Shown: positions 9,849-20,032, counted from the stretch's first letter. The stretch: 64,000 nt of DNA from Candidatus Marinacidobacterales bacterium (GCA_965219415.1 OZ244742.1:1088001-1152000), one strand, 5' to 3'. Translations and numbers: made by a program. Notes: generated from the sequence alone by a model not told the origin.

Positions 9849-11840
9849 CTAACCTTCGGCCGCGGCTTTGAATAGCTTTGCAGCCACCTCGAGCGCCTCC
9901 CTGTCCCCCACCAGGACGACGGTATCCCCCGGCCTGAATCCAAATGTCGCGTCGGGACGATAAAGCGCTTTTCCCGCGCGGACCACGGCGATGACGATTG
10001 CGCCCGTCACTCTCCTCAAGTTCAGGGAGGTGGGGCTTTCGCCGATTGCCTGAGCTCGGTCCTCCACCTCGACCAGATCGAGCGCTCCGTGAATGCCCAG
10101 ATGTCGAAGGGCGTCCAGTTTCAGGTCCGTGAGCGAGCCCTCGCGCAGTATCTTGTAGTGCTCGTTCCGAACCGCGTCGAGCTCGCGTTGAATGGTGTTG
10201 GTCGGTATCTCGTAGAACTCGAGAACGCGGGCAAACAGCTCGAGCGTTGCCTCGAACTCTTCGACGACGACCTCGGTGGCGCCGAGGCGCATTAGATCGT
10301 CGATGGATCGGACGTAGCGCGTCCTTACCAAAATGCGGGCGGCGGGGTTGAGACGGTGCGCGATCGCCACCCCGCGCCTCTCCTCTGTCGGAGCCGCGAT
10401 GGCGAACACCACGACGCGGGCCCTGGCAATGCCGACCCCCTCCAGAAGCTCCTGTCGCGTACCATCGCCGAAAAGCACTCGAACCCCTTCCTCTCGTCCC
10501 CGACGGACCAGCTGTCCGTTTTGCTCCAGCACGACGTAGTCGAGACCCGCAGCCCGCAAGACTCGAACGAGATGTTGTCCGCTCAAACCGTAGCCCACGA
10601 TGATGGCGTGGTCGCTCATTTCGGCGGCCCCGGCGCGCTCGAGACGATCCATCGAGACGGCTCGGATCCCTAGGTACGGACATAGCCACTCTGCTACAGG
10701 ACAGGCCGAGGCGATCAGAAACGGCGTCAACATCATCGTGACCACCGACGATGCGATGAAGAGTTGGTAATCGTTCCCGGCAAAAAGCCCGAGCGGGGCA
10801 GCAACGCTCGCTAGAATGAAAGAGAACTCTCCCACCTGGGCGAGCCCGATTCCGCTGACCATGCTGGTCTGGAAACCGCGCTTCAACAAGAGTACTGCCC
10901 CGGTGGTAATCACAATCTTGAGTAGCAAAATAGTGCCGGTCGCAGCGGCCACGAGACCTAGCGACGAACCTACGAAGCCTGTGTCGAGAAGCATACCGAC
11001 CGAGATGAAAAAAATCCCACTAAACGCGTCCCGAAAAGGCCGGACATCCGAGATGGCTTGCAGTCCATAGTCCGACTCGGAGACCACGAGACCGGCGAGG
11101 AAAGTGCCGAGCGCCAGTGACAATCCAAAACTCGCGGTAACGAAAGCAGCTCCCACCCCAAAGAAGGCGATGCACAATGTGAACAGCTCGCGGTTTCTCA
11201 GAAGCACGACCCGATCCAAAATCCGGGGCACGATCAGCCGTCCGGCCAGCATCAGCCCGACAACAACGAGCAGACTGGTCCCGATCGCGGTCCAGACTCC
11301 AGTCACCGGGCCCGGACCCACGTGTGCGAAGACCGGAATCAAAAACATCAAGGGCACCACGCAGAGGTCCTGGAAAAGAAGGATCGACACCACGACGCGA
11401 CCCGGCGGGCTGTCCAGCTCCACCCGGTCGGAGTAGATCTTCAGAACAATCGCCGTCGAGGACAAGGCAACCAGCGATCCATAGAACAGCGCCTGGTTCC
11501 AAGGGACTTCCAACCCAATGCTGGCAGCTGCCGCGGCCGCGACGATAGTGCCCACCACCTGGAGCCCGCCCCCTTGGAGCACAAGGCGCCCCAGCCGTAC
11601 GATGCGAGTCAGGGAAAACTCGAGGCCGATCGTGAAAAGAAGGAGCATGACGCCGAGCTCCGCCAGTTCCGTCACCGTGTCGGCCCCCGAGATGAGCGCG
11701 AACCCATGAGGACCGATGACGACTCCTGCCACGAGGAACCCGGCGACGGTGGGCAGCCGGGCGCGGTTGGCGAGGGCGGCGACGGGGATCGCTACCGCTA
11801 GAATGATGACGAGATCCCGAAGAACGACGAGCGCATGCAT
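9849..11840 (-). CDS. CPA2-family cation:proton antiporter with TrkA-N/TrkA-C domains (Kef-like)
   Basis: LAELGVMLLLFTIGLE, SSTAIV, LLFQD, FFISVG, QVGEF and IIVGYG motifs. Confidence 0.9.
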   Translation of the reverse strand: MHALVVLRDLVIILAVAIPVAALANRARLPTVAGFLVAGVVIGPHGFALISGADTVTELAELGVMLLLFTIGLEFSLTRIVRLGRLVLQGGGLQVVGTIVAAAAAASIGLEVPWNQALFYGSLVALSSTAIVLKIYSDRVELDSPPGRVVVSILLFQDLCVVPLMFLIPVFAHVGPGPVTGVWTAIGTSLLVVVGLMLAGRLIVPRILDRVVLLRNRELFTLCIAFFGVGAAFVTASFGLSLALGTFLAGLVVSESDYGLQAISDVRPFRDAFSGIFFISVGMLLDTGFVGSSLGLVAAATGTILLLKIVITTGAVLLLKRGFQTSMVSGIGLAQVGEFSFILASVAAPLGLFAGNDYQLFIASSVVTMMLTPFLIASACPVAEWLCPYLGIRAVSMDRLERAGAAEMSDHAIIVGYGLSGQHLVRVLRAAGLDYVVLEQNGQLVRRGREEGVRVLFGDGTRQELLEGVGIARARVVVFAIAAPTEERRGVAIAHRLNPAARILVRTRYVRSIDDLMRLGATEVVVEEFEATLELFARVLEFYEIPTNTIQRELDAVRNEHYKILREGSLTDLKLDALRHLGIHGALDLVEVEDRAQAIGESPTSLNLRRVTGAIVIAVVRAGKALYRPDATFGFRPGDTVVLVGDREALEVAAKLFKAAAEG

Positions 11841-11960
11841 GAAGGAGCTTATCCTTGCCGTTGACGGAGTGTCACGAAGCTATAGCATAACCAAGTCGTA
11901 GGTGCTCCGTCGCGTGGGGGGCAGTTGAGGCGGGTGGTCGGGCGAGCCGTCTTGGGGTGA

Positions 11961-12266
11961 TTACTCGAGTGGTACGAGGCCTTCGGTCGGGGTCAAGAGG
12001 ATGCTCTTCCAGCTCGAGCCTTTTACGTTATCGACGTTGGATTCGATGTAGAAGATCCCGATGTTTGCACCGACGAGCGTCGCCCGGGGCACATTCAGGC
12101 GGAAATTCTCATCCTTCTGGGAGAACGCAAAGACCTCCGTCTGCGAGTCGGCGTCCCATTTGTGCGTAACAGACTGAAAACGCGCACTAAGGCGGGTTTG
12201 AATGACTTCGACGCGTTCTTTGTAGCGACTGCGGTCGCTGTCGGAGTCGAATTTAGGTTTGGCCAT
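11961..12266 (-). CDS. Hypothetical protein
   Basis: 101-aa ORF with a GGGGA RBS-like sequence and protein-like composition. Confidence 0.5.
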   Translation of the reverse strand: MAKPKFDSDSDRSRYKERVEVIQTRLSARFQSVTHKWDADSQTEVFAFSQKDENFRLNVPRATLVGANIGIFYIESNVDNVKGSSWKSILLTPTEGLVPLE

Positions 12267-12378
12267 GGGTCCCCCGGTTCGTGCCAGCCCGGATAGAGCT
12301 CAGGTTCAGAGTGCCACACGATGAGACGGAGCACAATCGCCTTTCGGAATTGTAGGGCCCTCGCGACCCCCTGAAACA

Positions 12379-12416
12379 CTCCTGACAGAACGGTGTTAGG
12401 AGGGGGGTTCTAGGAT
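12379..12416 (+). promoter_or_regulatory. Palindromic operator and -10 element upstream of the VOC/WYL pair
   Basis: CTCCTGACA-N6-TGTTAGGAG (8/9 inverted repeat) in the -35 region. TAGGAT at 12411-12416. Confidence 0.55.
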
Positions 12417-12458
12417 GTCCTCGGTTCGGATGGGCCGGGCCAATAACCTTATGGAGAT

Positions 12459-12866
12459 ATGATGAATCCCAAGAAACTGTTCCCGATGGTAGTCACCGAC
12501 AAACTAGCCGAAACCAAGGAGTTCTACGCCGAGAAGGCAGACTTCGAAATCGTTCACGACATGCCGGACTACCTCGCAGTTCGGTATGGCGGTGAAGCGG
12601 GTCCCGAGTTGTCCTTCCTAACGACTGAGGACGGTCCTCTCGGCAAGCTTCCTGCCTTCAACGGAAAAGGCCTATTGATCAGCATCCCCACCGCGGATGC
12701 CGACAAGAAAGCCAGCGACATGGAGAAGCGTGGCGTCAAGTTGATGAGTCAGCCGGCGGTCAAGCCGTGGGGATGGAAGAGTTTCCTGACCCAGGATCCT
12801 AACGGCGTCCTCCTGGATTTCTTTCACGTGCCGGCCGACAATGCGGCCCAGGATGCGGCGAGCTGA
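12459..12866 (+). CDS. VOC/glyoxalase family protein
   Basis: ETKEFY...F and KPWGWKSFLTQDPNGVLLDF. GGAG RBS. Confidence 0.9.
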   Translation: MMNPKKLFPMVVTDKLAETKEFYAEKADFEIVHDMPDYLAVRYGGEAGPELSFLTTEDGPLGKLPAFNGKGLLISIPTADADKKASDMEKRGVKLMSQPAVKPWGWKSFLTQDPNGVLLDFFHVPADNAAQDAAS

Positions 12867-13538
12867 CCGGCTTTTTCAGATAGTCCAGATGCTGCGCCGT
12901 CGGCGGTTGACGACGGCGGCGCAGCTTGCTGAGCGCTTGGAGGTCTCGGAGCGGACCGTCTACCGGGACATTCGTGACCTGGGCGCCTCAGGTGTGCCCA
13001 TCCTCGGCGAGGCCGGGGTCGGGTACCGGCTCGGCAAGGACTTCGACCTTCCACCTCTGATGTTCAACGGCGAAGAAGTCCAAGCTCTTGTCCTCGGCGC
13101 ACGCATGGTCGAAAGCTGGGGTGACTCCGAGCTCCGTCAAGCCGCCCGTAGCGTCCTGACAAAGGTAGAGGCGGTCCTGCCTCCGTCGAAACGACACCAG
13201 TACACGACACCGCACTTTTCTCCCTGTCGTTTCGGGTATCACCGGAGGTACGCGAGAACGTCGGGGCGCTGCGCAAAGCGATCGACGCCCGCACTAAGGT
13301 ACGCCTCGACTACAAGGACCGGGAAGGCGTTGCCAGCGGCCGCGTCGTGTGTCCCCTGGGTCTCTACTTCTGGGGCAACGTGTGGACGCTCGGGGCCTGG
13401 TGCGAGCTGCGAAAGGATTTCAGGAACTTCCGGCTCGATCGGATCGAGAAGGCTCTGTCCACCAAGCAGACATTTCGGACTGAGCCCCCGCTGACCATCG
13501 AAGACTACGTTCGAGCAATGACCCGCGACGCGCCTTAG
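12853..13538 (+). CDS. YafY-like HTH-WYL transcriptional regulator (frameshift near 13200)
   Basis: MRRADRLFQIV, LAERLEVSERTVYRDI. The second frame has WTLGAWCELRKDFRNFRLDRI. Confidence 0.85.
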
Positions 13539-13592
13539 TGCTATCTCGTTTCTCGGTAGTTTAGAATGAGCCCTCAGTGAAAGGAGTCTTTC

Positions 13593-14015
13593 ATGAAACC
13601 CGTACTCGTATTCCTCACCCTTCTTCTTGCGGCTGGGCTATCCATCCAATGTGGGTCATCGTCGGACCTTACGGGCGTTGCGATCAACAAGATTCGACTC
13701 GAAGGTGATCACGCCGAAGACCTGAACGCGGATCTGGAAAAGGCGCTGGCTGCAGCCGGAGCGACGCTGAATCAATCGGGCCAACCGGACCTCACCGGCA
13801 CCATTACTTGGGAATGGGCCGGAGATAAGGACAGCCCTTACCCAACGCGGGTCCGTGTCTTCGTGCAGTCAGAACCTAAAGAGGAGAATCTCACGCTAAC
13901 CGCGATGTATGAAGTCGCGAAAGGCGCGCAGCTCCAAAATGTGGCTCACTATAGAAGAACGATCGTCGGGAGCGTTGTGGCGAGACTGGCCGCTCAGAAC
14001 CAAAGCCCCGAGTAA
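13593..14015 (+). CDS. Hypothetical lipoprotein
   Basis: AAGGAG RBS and a hydrophobic signal ending SIQC. Confidence 0.6.
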   Translation: MKPVLVFLTLLLAAGLSIQCGSSSDLTGVAINKIRLEGDHAEDLNADLEKALAAAGATLNQSGQPDLTGTITWEWAGDKDSPYPTRVRVFVQSEPKEENLTLTAMYEVAKGAQLQNVAHYRRTIVGSVVARLAAQNQSPE

Positions 14016-14121
14016 AGCGCTCGATGATACGGGGAACCTTGTCCGGTTAAGATTCTCGCTAGCTCCCGCCATATCCCCTCCAGGATGAACGAAGAACTAG
14101 AATGAGGAGCTTGCCCGCGAT

Positions 14122-14685
14122 TTACTTCTTTTCGGCCTGCCCCGCCACTTTGATGCGGTTGCCCTCGGCATCGGTCAGCTCCCTTTGCTGCGCGCTCCGC
14201 CCAGCCCTGAAAAGCGCGGGGTCACCCACGGTGAAGCTCGCGGCGCGCGACATGAATGCGCCATGAAACTGACCCGACACTAGGACGGACAGAGTGGAGG
14301 GCTCCTCGACCGGCGCGAAGGCCACTTGGAAAGCCAGCCTTTGGCCGTCGTCGATGGAGCGCTCACGGACGGTGGTGGGGCCGCTTGCCAGCGCGAGGCC
14401 GTCGATCCCGTCGACCTGGACTTCAACGTCCCGAGCCGCCACTTGGAACGCGATCTCAACCCGCGCTCCACCCTCGTTCATCACGGCCTGAATGTGTACC
14501 GGGGCGCCGGGTTTCTGCGTCCTTTCTTCATCGGGAGACACCCCTGCGCGCTTTGTTTCTGACTTCGTCTCCTCACGCGGAACCGATCCGTTCTGAGTGG
14601 AATCGAGACACGCTGTCAACGCGAGAGCGCCGAGAGCCATGAAAGTTCCCTTCATGCTGAACCGCCCCTTCCCTTTATGCACCAT
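14122..14685 (-). CDS. Hypothetical lipoprotein, partner of the metallopeptidase
   Basis: Lipobox LTAC, a low-complexity linker, then a beta-rich domain beginning KPGAPV. Starts 8 bp after the peptidase stop. Confidence 0.65.
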   Translation of the reverse strand: MVHKGKGRFSMKGTFMALGALALTACLDSTQNGSVPREETKSETKRAGVSPDEERTQKPGAPVHIQAVMNEGGARVEIAFQVAARDVEVQVDGIDGLALASGPTTVRERSIDDGQRLAFQVAFAPVEEPSTLSVLVSGQFHGAFMSRAASFTVGDPALFRAGRSAQQRELTDAEGNRIKVAGQAEKK

Positions 14686-14693
14686 GGTGTACC

Positions 14694-16232
14694 TCAGCGG
14701 CTGGTAATGCGAACCGTGCAGTCGTAATTGCCGTCGGTTCTGAAGCCGCCGATGCTGATGACGTAGACATTGCCTGCGATCGCAGTGAGGCTCACCTCTT
14801 CCGTCCCTGCGAAGAAGGAGTCAGAGAAGCCTTTGAGCTTGCCGACTTGGAAGACCCCGAGCCAAACGTCCTCGTTGGTGGTCGCGGACACGGTCACCTG
14901 GGATCCGTTCCCCTCGAACGAGATGTACCTGTTCTGGCCGAGCCTGTTTTCAGCCTGATCGCCAAGTAGCCGCAGTTTCAAGTCGCGGCCGTTGATCTTC
15001 CCAATCCGGTACACGGGCAAGTTTGCGGACGATCCGCCGCTGTTGCTCTCGCCCGTCCCAAAGGAGTCCCGGATGGGGATCATCTTGTGCTGGACCAAGA
15101 GCTGGTCGATGCTCCCGATCGATCCAGGCGAGGCGTCGTTGAGTCCCTTCACGAACGAGAAGATCGTGGTGAAAGCCGTCGTCCTCTTGTGATGACCCGT
15201 CATGACATCGGCAATAGGGCCCAAGCCCAGCGAAATGGAGTCAGCCCGATCGGGGTTGGAGTCGAAGAGGTCGAAGAGGATCAATCCGACGGAGGCCCCT
15301 GAAAACCAACCAGGCTTGGGATCGTCCCCGTTGTCCTCTAAGTCGGTGGCTACGGCGAGCCGTTGCTGACCCGGCCCGGCGCTGTCGGTGTACACGGTGT
15401 TCGGGAACAGGACGATGGCGCTCACTGCGTCGGAGAATCCCTCGCTGAAGGCCAAGCGTGGATCGAGGATGGTTCCCGTGCCATGGCTTCCACCGATGGA
15501 GTCCGAGCGACTGACCTTTTCCTCGAAGTAGTGCCCCCACTCGTGCACGATGACGTGAGAGTCGAACTCGTCGGTGTCGACGTCCTCCTTACCAAGGATG
15601 TAGAGCTCCTTTCTGTCCCAGTGTGAAGAGCCGATCTGGCCGTTTCTGTTCTCGCCCTCCTCAGGCCGATTGTTCTCGCTCCAGTTGATGCTGAGCTTGG
15701 GAAAGTTGAGGGGACGCACGGCGCGGAAGGCACGAGCGGCGCTATAGGCGGCGTCGAGGATGGCGAACGGTGCGGACAAGCGGGGCCCGGTGTACGAGCG
15801 GCCACCCCAACCGCTGGGGACGACCAACTCCAACGTGGTGGAGCCGTCAAACGACGGTGAGTCCACGGCCCAAACAGCATCCCCGTCCGTGTTGTCCTCC
15901 ACTCGGATGCGGGGATTCAGCGTCTCCGCGACGATGATGACCTTTCGACGGCCCCCTCCGGACGCTTCGAAGACAAAGCTTCCATCGTTACCGGTAACGG
16001 TCTCTTCGAGAACTCTATCTGTCGCGTTGTCGACGAGCAACACCCGCGCATTTCGGATCGGCTTCTGAGTGGCCTGAGAATAATCGAGCCCGCGCCGAGT
16101 GGACGGTATGCTGGTGTACGTGGCGCGGCCACTGACGGAGGCAGATGCGACTCCGGTTAGGGTGACAACTATTAGCGCGCACCCGTGTACCCAGGCCAAC
16201 CGGCCTACCAGACCGCGGCAAAACGACATCAT
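14694..16232 (-). CDS. Secreted gluzincin-type zinc metallopeptidase
   Basis: Signal peptide, HEWGH with downstream FSEG, and a C-terminal PPC-like beta domain. Confidence 0.8.
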   Translation of the reverse strand: MMSFCRGLVGRLAWVHGCALIVVTLTGVASASVSGRATYTSIPSTRRGLDYSQATQKPIRNARVLLVDNATDRVLEETVTGNDGSFVFEASGGGRRKVIIVAETLNPRIRVEDNTDGDAVWAVDSPSFDGSTTLELVVPSGWGGRSYTGPRLSAPFAILDAAYSAARAFRAVRPLNFPKLSINWSENNRPEEGENRNGQIGSSHWDRKELYILGKEDVDTDEFDSHVIVHEWGHYFEEKVSRSDSIGGSHGTGTILDPRLAFSEGFSDAVSAIVLFPNTVYTDSAGPGQQRLAVATDLEDNGDDPKPGWFSGASVGLILFDLFDSNPDRADSISLGLGPIADVMTGHHKRTTAFTTIFSFVKGLNDASPGSIGSIDQLLVQHKMIPIRDSFGTGESNSGGSSANLPVYRIGKINGRDLKLRLLGDQAENRLGQNRYISFEGNGSQVTVSATTNEDVWLGVFQVGKLKGFSDSFFAGTEEVSLTAIAGNVYVISIGGFRTDGNYDCTVRITSR

Positions 16233-16244
16233 GGATTCTCCGGG

Positions 16245-17502
16245 TGAAGTGACCCCGCTTTCGTGGACAGGTTAAGAGTTAGGGATCAAGCGTCGCGATA
16301 GTACCTCCTTTCGAATTGGATAGGCGAGCAATAGTCGATGGCGGAGTGTCGTCGTCGCGGGTTGTACCAGCCTTCGATGAAATCGAAGGTCGCCATGCGC
16401 GCCTCAGCGTGGTAGCAAAACGACCGGCGCTCGATCAGCTCGCACTCGAGCGTCGCGAAGAAGCTCTCGCACATCGCATTGTCGTAACAGTCCCCGACCG
16501 AACCCATCGACGGTCGCACCCCGGCCTCCCGGCATCGCTGGCCGAACGCTAGTGACGTGTACTGCGTGCCCTGGTCCGAGTGATGGATGACGTCGCCGGG
16601 CTTGCGTTGGAACAGCGCCATGTCGAGGGCGCTCAAGACGAGCGACGTCCGCAGGTGGGTAGCCATTGCCCATCCGACGATGCGTCGGCTGAAGGCGTCC
16701 AGCACGACGGCGAGGAACAAGAAGCCCGACCACGTGGGCACGTAGGTGATATCGGCGACCCACAGGCGGTCGGGCCGGTCCACCTCGAAATTCCTGTCGA
16801 CGAGATCGGGGGCGGGACGGGCGTCGTCACAGCGAATCGTAGTGTGCGCCCTCTTGCGCCGGTGAACACCTTGAATGCCAGCCTCGCGCATCAGCCGCGC
16901 TACACGCTTGCGTGAGACGTGGAGCTCGTGTGTCTCTCGTAGCTCGTGGAGAATCCTCGGCGCGCCGTACGTGCTCCGCGACGCGGTGTGAATCGCCCGG
17001 ATCTTCTCAAGCAACTCCGCATCCGACACCGCGCGGGCCGACGGGGCACGCTCAAGCCACGCATAGTAGCCGCTGGCGGAGACGTCCAGCAGTCGGCACA
17101 TCGTGGCAACCGGTAGTGAATCCTGGTTCGCCCTCACGAATCGGAAGGCTTCGGTGGTACCGACTCGGTCTCCCGAGCGAACCAGGCCGCGGCTTTTGAG
17201 AGGATCTCCCGCTCCAACCGTAGTTGACGGTTCTCCCGTCGCAGGCGGCGGAGCTCCGCACGCTCCTCACTCGTCAGACCGTCCTGCCTGCGACCCTCGT
17301 CGAGATCCGCCTGGTTCACCCAGTTCCGGATCGTCTGGCCCGAGGGCTCAAACTCTCGCGCCAGCTCTTCGGAGCCGCGGCCAGCTCGCACCAGCTCTAC
17401 CATTTGGCGCCGGAACTCGGCCGCGTATCTGTTTCCCTGCTTTGACATCGTGGACTCCTGTCTCCCAAAGGATTAGGTGTCCACGAAAGCGGGTCAAGTC
17501 CA
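16245..17502 (-). mobile_element. IS3-family element, complete (orfA 17448-17134, orfB 17137-16286)
   Basis: TG...CA ends with IR core CCCGCTTTCGTGGACA. 4-bp TSD CGGG. WVADITY, HHSDQG and DNAMCESFF. Confidence 0.95.
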
Positions 17503-17522
17503 CGGGAACGGATATCTCAAGA

Positions 17523-17551
17523 TTTATACGTGCCGAGCTGCATAAAGTCAA
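17523..17551 (-). promoter_or_regulatory. Sigma70-type promoter, probably native to the peptidase gene
   Basis: TTGACT-17 nt-TATAAA on the minus strand. Confidence 0.6.
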
Positions 17552-17620
17552 GACGACTCAAGGGAATGTGTGGGTGGGCTTGATTCTTCAAGCTGTCTAA
17601 GTCTGTTTTGTAGAACAAGG

Positions 17621-18056
17621 TGAGCTTGCTCCGGTTTGGTGGACAAGTTGACTATGCAAACCGGTTTGCTTCCAAGAGTCTAAGTTCGAACTCGATGGGA
17701 CTGACGTTCCGGAGCGTTGAGTGCCGTCGCCTCGGGTTGTAGAAATTGGTGATGTAGTCGACGGTAGCCCATCGCGCCTGCGCTCGAGTCGGCAGAACGA
17801 GTCGGTAGAGAGATTCGGTTTTCAGCGTGCCGAAGAAACTCTCGACGACGGCATTGTCCCAGCAGTCGCCCTTTCGACTCATGCTGCACTCGATTCCGTG
17901 GCGTCGCAAGAACGCGCGGTAGTCTCTGCTCGCGTACTGCACGCCACGGTCCGAATGATGAACCATCCCACGCGGTGGTCGTCGGTGACGCACCGCCATC
18001 TGAACACCCATATATCTCTCCGTTCGTTAGGTGTCCACTGAAACGAAGCAGGCCCA
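17621..18056 (-). mobile_element. Internally deleted 436-bp IS3 derivative (ORF 18011-17652)
   Basis: IRs TGAGCTTGCTCCGGTTTGGTGGACA and TGGGCCTGCTTCGTTTCAGTGGACA. 3-bp TSD AGG. HHSDRG and DNAVVESFF. Confidence 0.85.
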
Positions 18057-18174
18057 AGGAGTCGGACGAATGCTCTCCCACAATAAGGAAGCAGCCTGCG
18101 GTGCTTCGCTTCCCCGGTAGAGACAACTCGCTCGCAAGGCAGGGTTGAGGTACTCCGCAAGTTGTTGATTTGAA

Positions 18175-18316
18175 TGGCGGGGCCGACGAGATTCGAACTC
18201 CCGACCTCTACTAAGGCCGCGGGGCCCCACCCCCGCGGCGATAAGCTGAGGGCTCTCGGCGTGACCCGCCTTCGTCCACCGTGCCACGTGAGAACTTCGG
18301 CCGGCAGGCAGGCCGG
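18175..18316 (-). pseudogene. 3' part of tRNA-Asp(GTC), att-site-like, interrupted by two short insertions
   Basis: Removing 18209-18256 and 18266-18309 gives CCGGC-CT-GTC-AC-GCCGG-AGGTC-GGGAG-TTCGAAT-CTCGT-CGGCCCC-G-CCA. No D-arm or 5' half is present. Confidence 0.8.
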
Positions 18317-18383
18317 GGAAAGGCACTAAGAGAGCCAAGCGATCCCGAAAACCTCCAAAAGATCCTGGCACTTAGCCATTGAC

Positions 18384-18438
18384 GCTTTGGGACCAGTTGG
18401 GATGCTTTGGGACCAGGACACGGACAAAACACGGACAA
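18384..18438. repeat. Short direct repeats resembling integrase arm-type sites
   Basis: GCTTTGGGACCAG twice and ACACGGACAA twice, next to the tRNA fragment. Confidence 0.5.
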
Positions 18439-18550
18439 TTTGCGCGCCGAAAATCCCGTTGACTTTTCAGCCTGTGTGAGGCTATTTTCACGCGCAGGGC
18501 TGGCCACGTCACTCGATTCCCGGCACTAAGCCTCGAAGGAAACGTAGTCT

Positions 18551-20032
18551 ATGAAAAAGGGAGTTGATTACGAGCGTCGCAAGTTTGTTCGACAGACGAG
18601 CCAAGTGCTGGCGGCGGGATTGATTCTGCCGCACAGTACCGGCGTGCTTGCATCGGCAATCAAAATCGGCGAGCAAGAAGCCACCGAATTACAGCGCCGT
18701 ATCAAAGGAACGGTCGTTCTTCGCGACACGACGAACTATGAGCCGTGGCGCCATTCCATGATCTGGAACTACCGTAAGTTCGATCGGCGCCCGGAGTTGA
18801 TTGTACAGGCAGACTCCGCCGAAGACGTTGTTACGACGGTCAACTTCGCAAGACAGAATGGGATGCGAATCAAAACACGCACGGGTGGCCATAGCTGGAG
18901 CGGTTGTTACCTGCGCGACAGCGGTATCCTGCTTGACTTGTCCCGCTTCCAGTCCGTCGAGATCGACGCCGCCGCTAAGCAAGCCGTCGTTGGGGCCGGC
19001 GCGCTCGGCCGCAACCTGGTGACGCGACTCGGCGAGCACGGACTCGCGTTTCCCACTGCACATTGCGGCATGGTGCCGCTCAGCGGATTCTTGCTCGGGG
19101 GAGGCCTTGGATTGAATGGTGTCGCCTGGGGCGGCATGAGCGCGTTCAACATCGGGGCGCTTGATGCCGTCACCGCGGACGGCGAGCTGATTCACATCAA
19201 CGCCCGGGAGAACCCGGAGCTGTTTTGGGCAGCACGAGGTGGCGGCCCCGGCTTGTTCTTCGTCGTGACTCGTTTCTATCTCCGCTGTTACTCCTTGCCC
19301 AAGGCGATCACGGTCGATACCTACATCCTTCGCTATGAGGAATTGATACCGGCGGTAGAGATGATGGACCGAATTGGCCCCGAGATGAATTCATCGGTTG
19401 AGATGCTTGGCGCTGTCATACCGGCGGGTGATGAATGTTCGGCAGACCGCTGTGAAAGAGTCGTACTGTTGAACGCAACGGCCTTCGCTGATACGCAGGC
19501 AGCGGCGAAAGAAATGCTCGCGCCTATTCGCGCGGAAAAAGTCTCGGCAAGAGCCATTGATGCGATTTTCGATCGACCCGCGACGTTTGAAATGCTATAC
19601 CAGGAGAATGAAGGACCGTTTCCGCAAAGCCGGGCCAGTGCCGACAATATCTTTACAGATCGTGCCGTCGAAGCGGCTGAGGTCGTCGATCGTCACATGA
19701 GGCTGGCACCATCGCCAAGCGACACTCCGGTCATCCTTTATCGTGGTCAGTTGGAGTTCCCCGATGCAGCTTATTCGTCGACCGGGAAGTTCTACATGTC
19801 AGCTTACGCCCAATGGCGAGATGCGGCGGACGACAAAGCGAATCTGGCCTGGTTGGAGAACTTCTACGACGATATGCAGGCGTTTGCCGTTGGCCACTAT
19901 CTCAACGAGTTTAGTCAGGAAACCAGAGACAATCGCCTTTGTTTCTCGGCGGACAACTGGAAGCGCCTGCAGCGACTCCGCCAGAAATACGACCCCCACG
20001 GTGTGTTTCACTCTTTCCTGGGAGCGTCCTAG
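18551..20032 (+). CDS. Tat-exported FAD-binding oxidoreductase, berberine-bridge-enzyme-like
   Basis: ERRKFV, RTGGHSW, LFWAARGGG, YLNE and QKYDPHGVF. Confidence 0.9.
   Translation: MKKGVDYERRKFVRQTSQVLAAGLILPHSTGVLASAIKIGEQEATELQRRIKGTVVLRDTTNYEPWRHSMIWNYRKFDRRPELIVQADSAEDVVTTVNFARQNGMRIKTRTGGHSWSGCYLRDSGILLDLSRFQSVEIDAAAKQAVVGAGALGRNLVTRLGEHGLAFPTAHCGMVPLSGFLLGGGLGLNGVAWGGMSAFNIGALDAVTADGELIHINARENPELFWAARGGGPGLFFVVTRFYLRCYSLPKAITVDTYILRYEELIPAVEMMDRIGPEMNSSVEMLGAVIPAGDECSADRCERVVLLNATAFADTQAAAKEMLAPIRAEKVSARAIDAIFDRPATFEMLYQENEGPFPQSRASADNIFTDRAVEAAEVVDRHMRLAPSPSDTPVILYRGQLEFPDAAYSSTGKFYMSAYAQWRDAADDKANLAWLENFYDDMQAFAVGHYLNEFSQETRDNRLCFSADNWKRLQRLRQKYDPHGVFHSFLGAS

Noticed and set aside
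18175-18316. Intact or intron-containing tRNA-Asp
   Set aside because: The 5' half is absent, and 44-48 bp is far too short for a group I intron.
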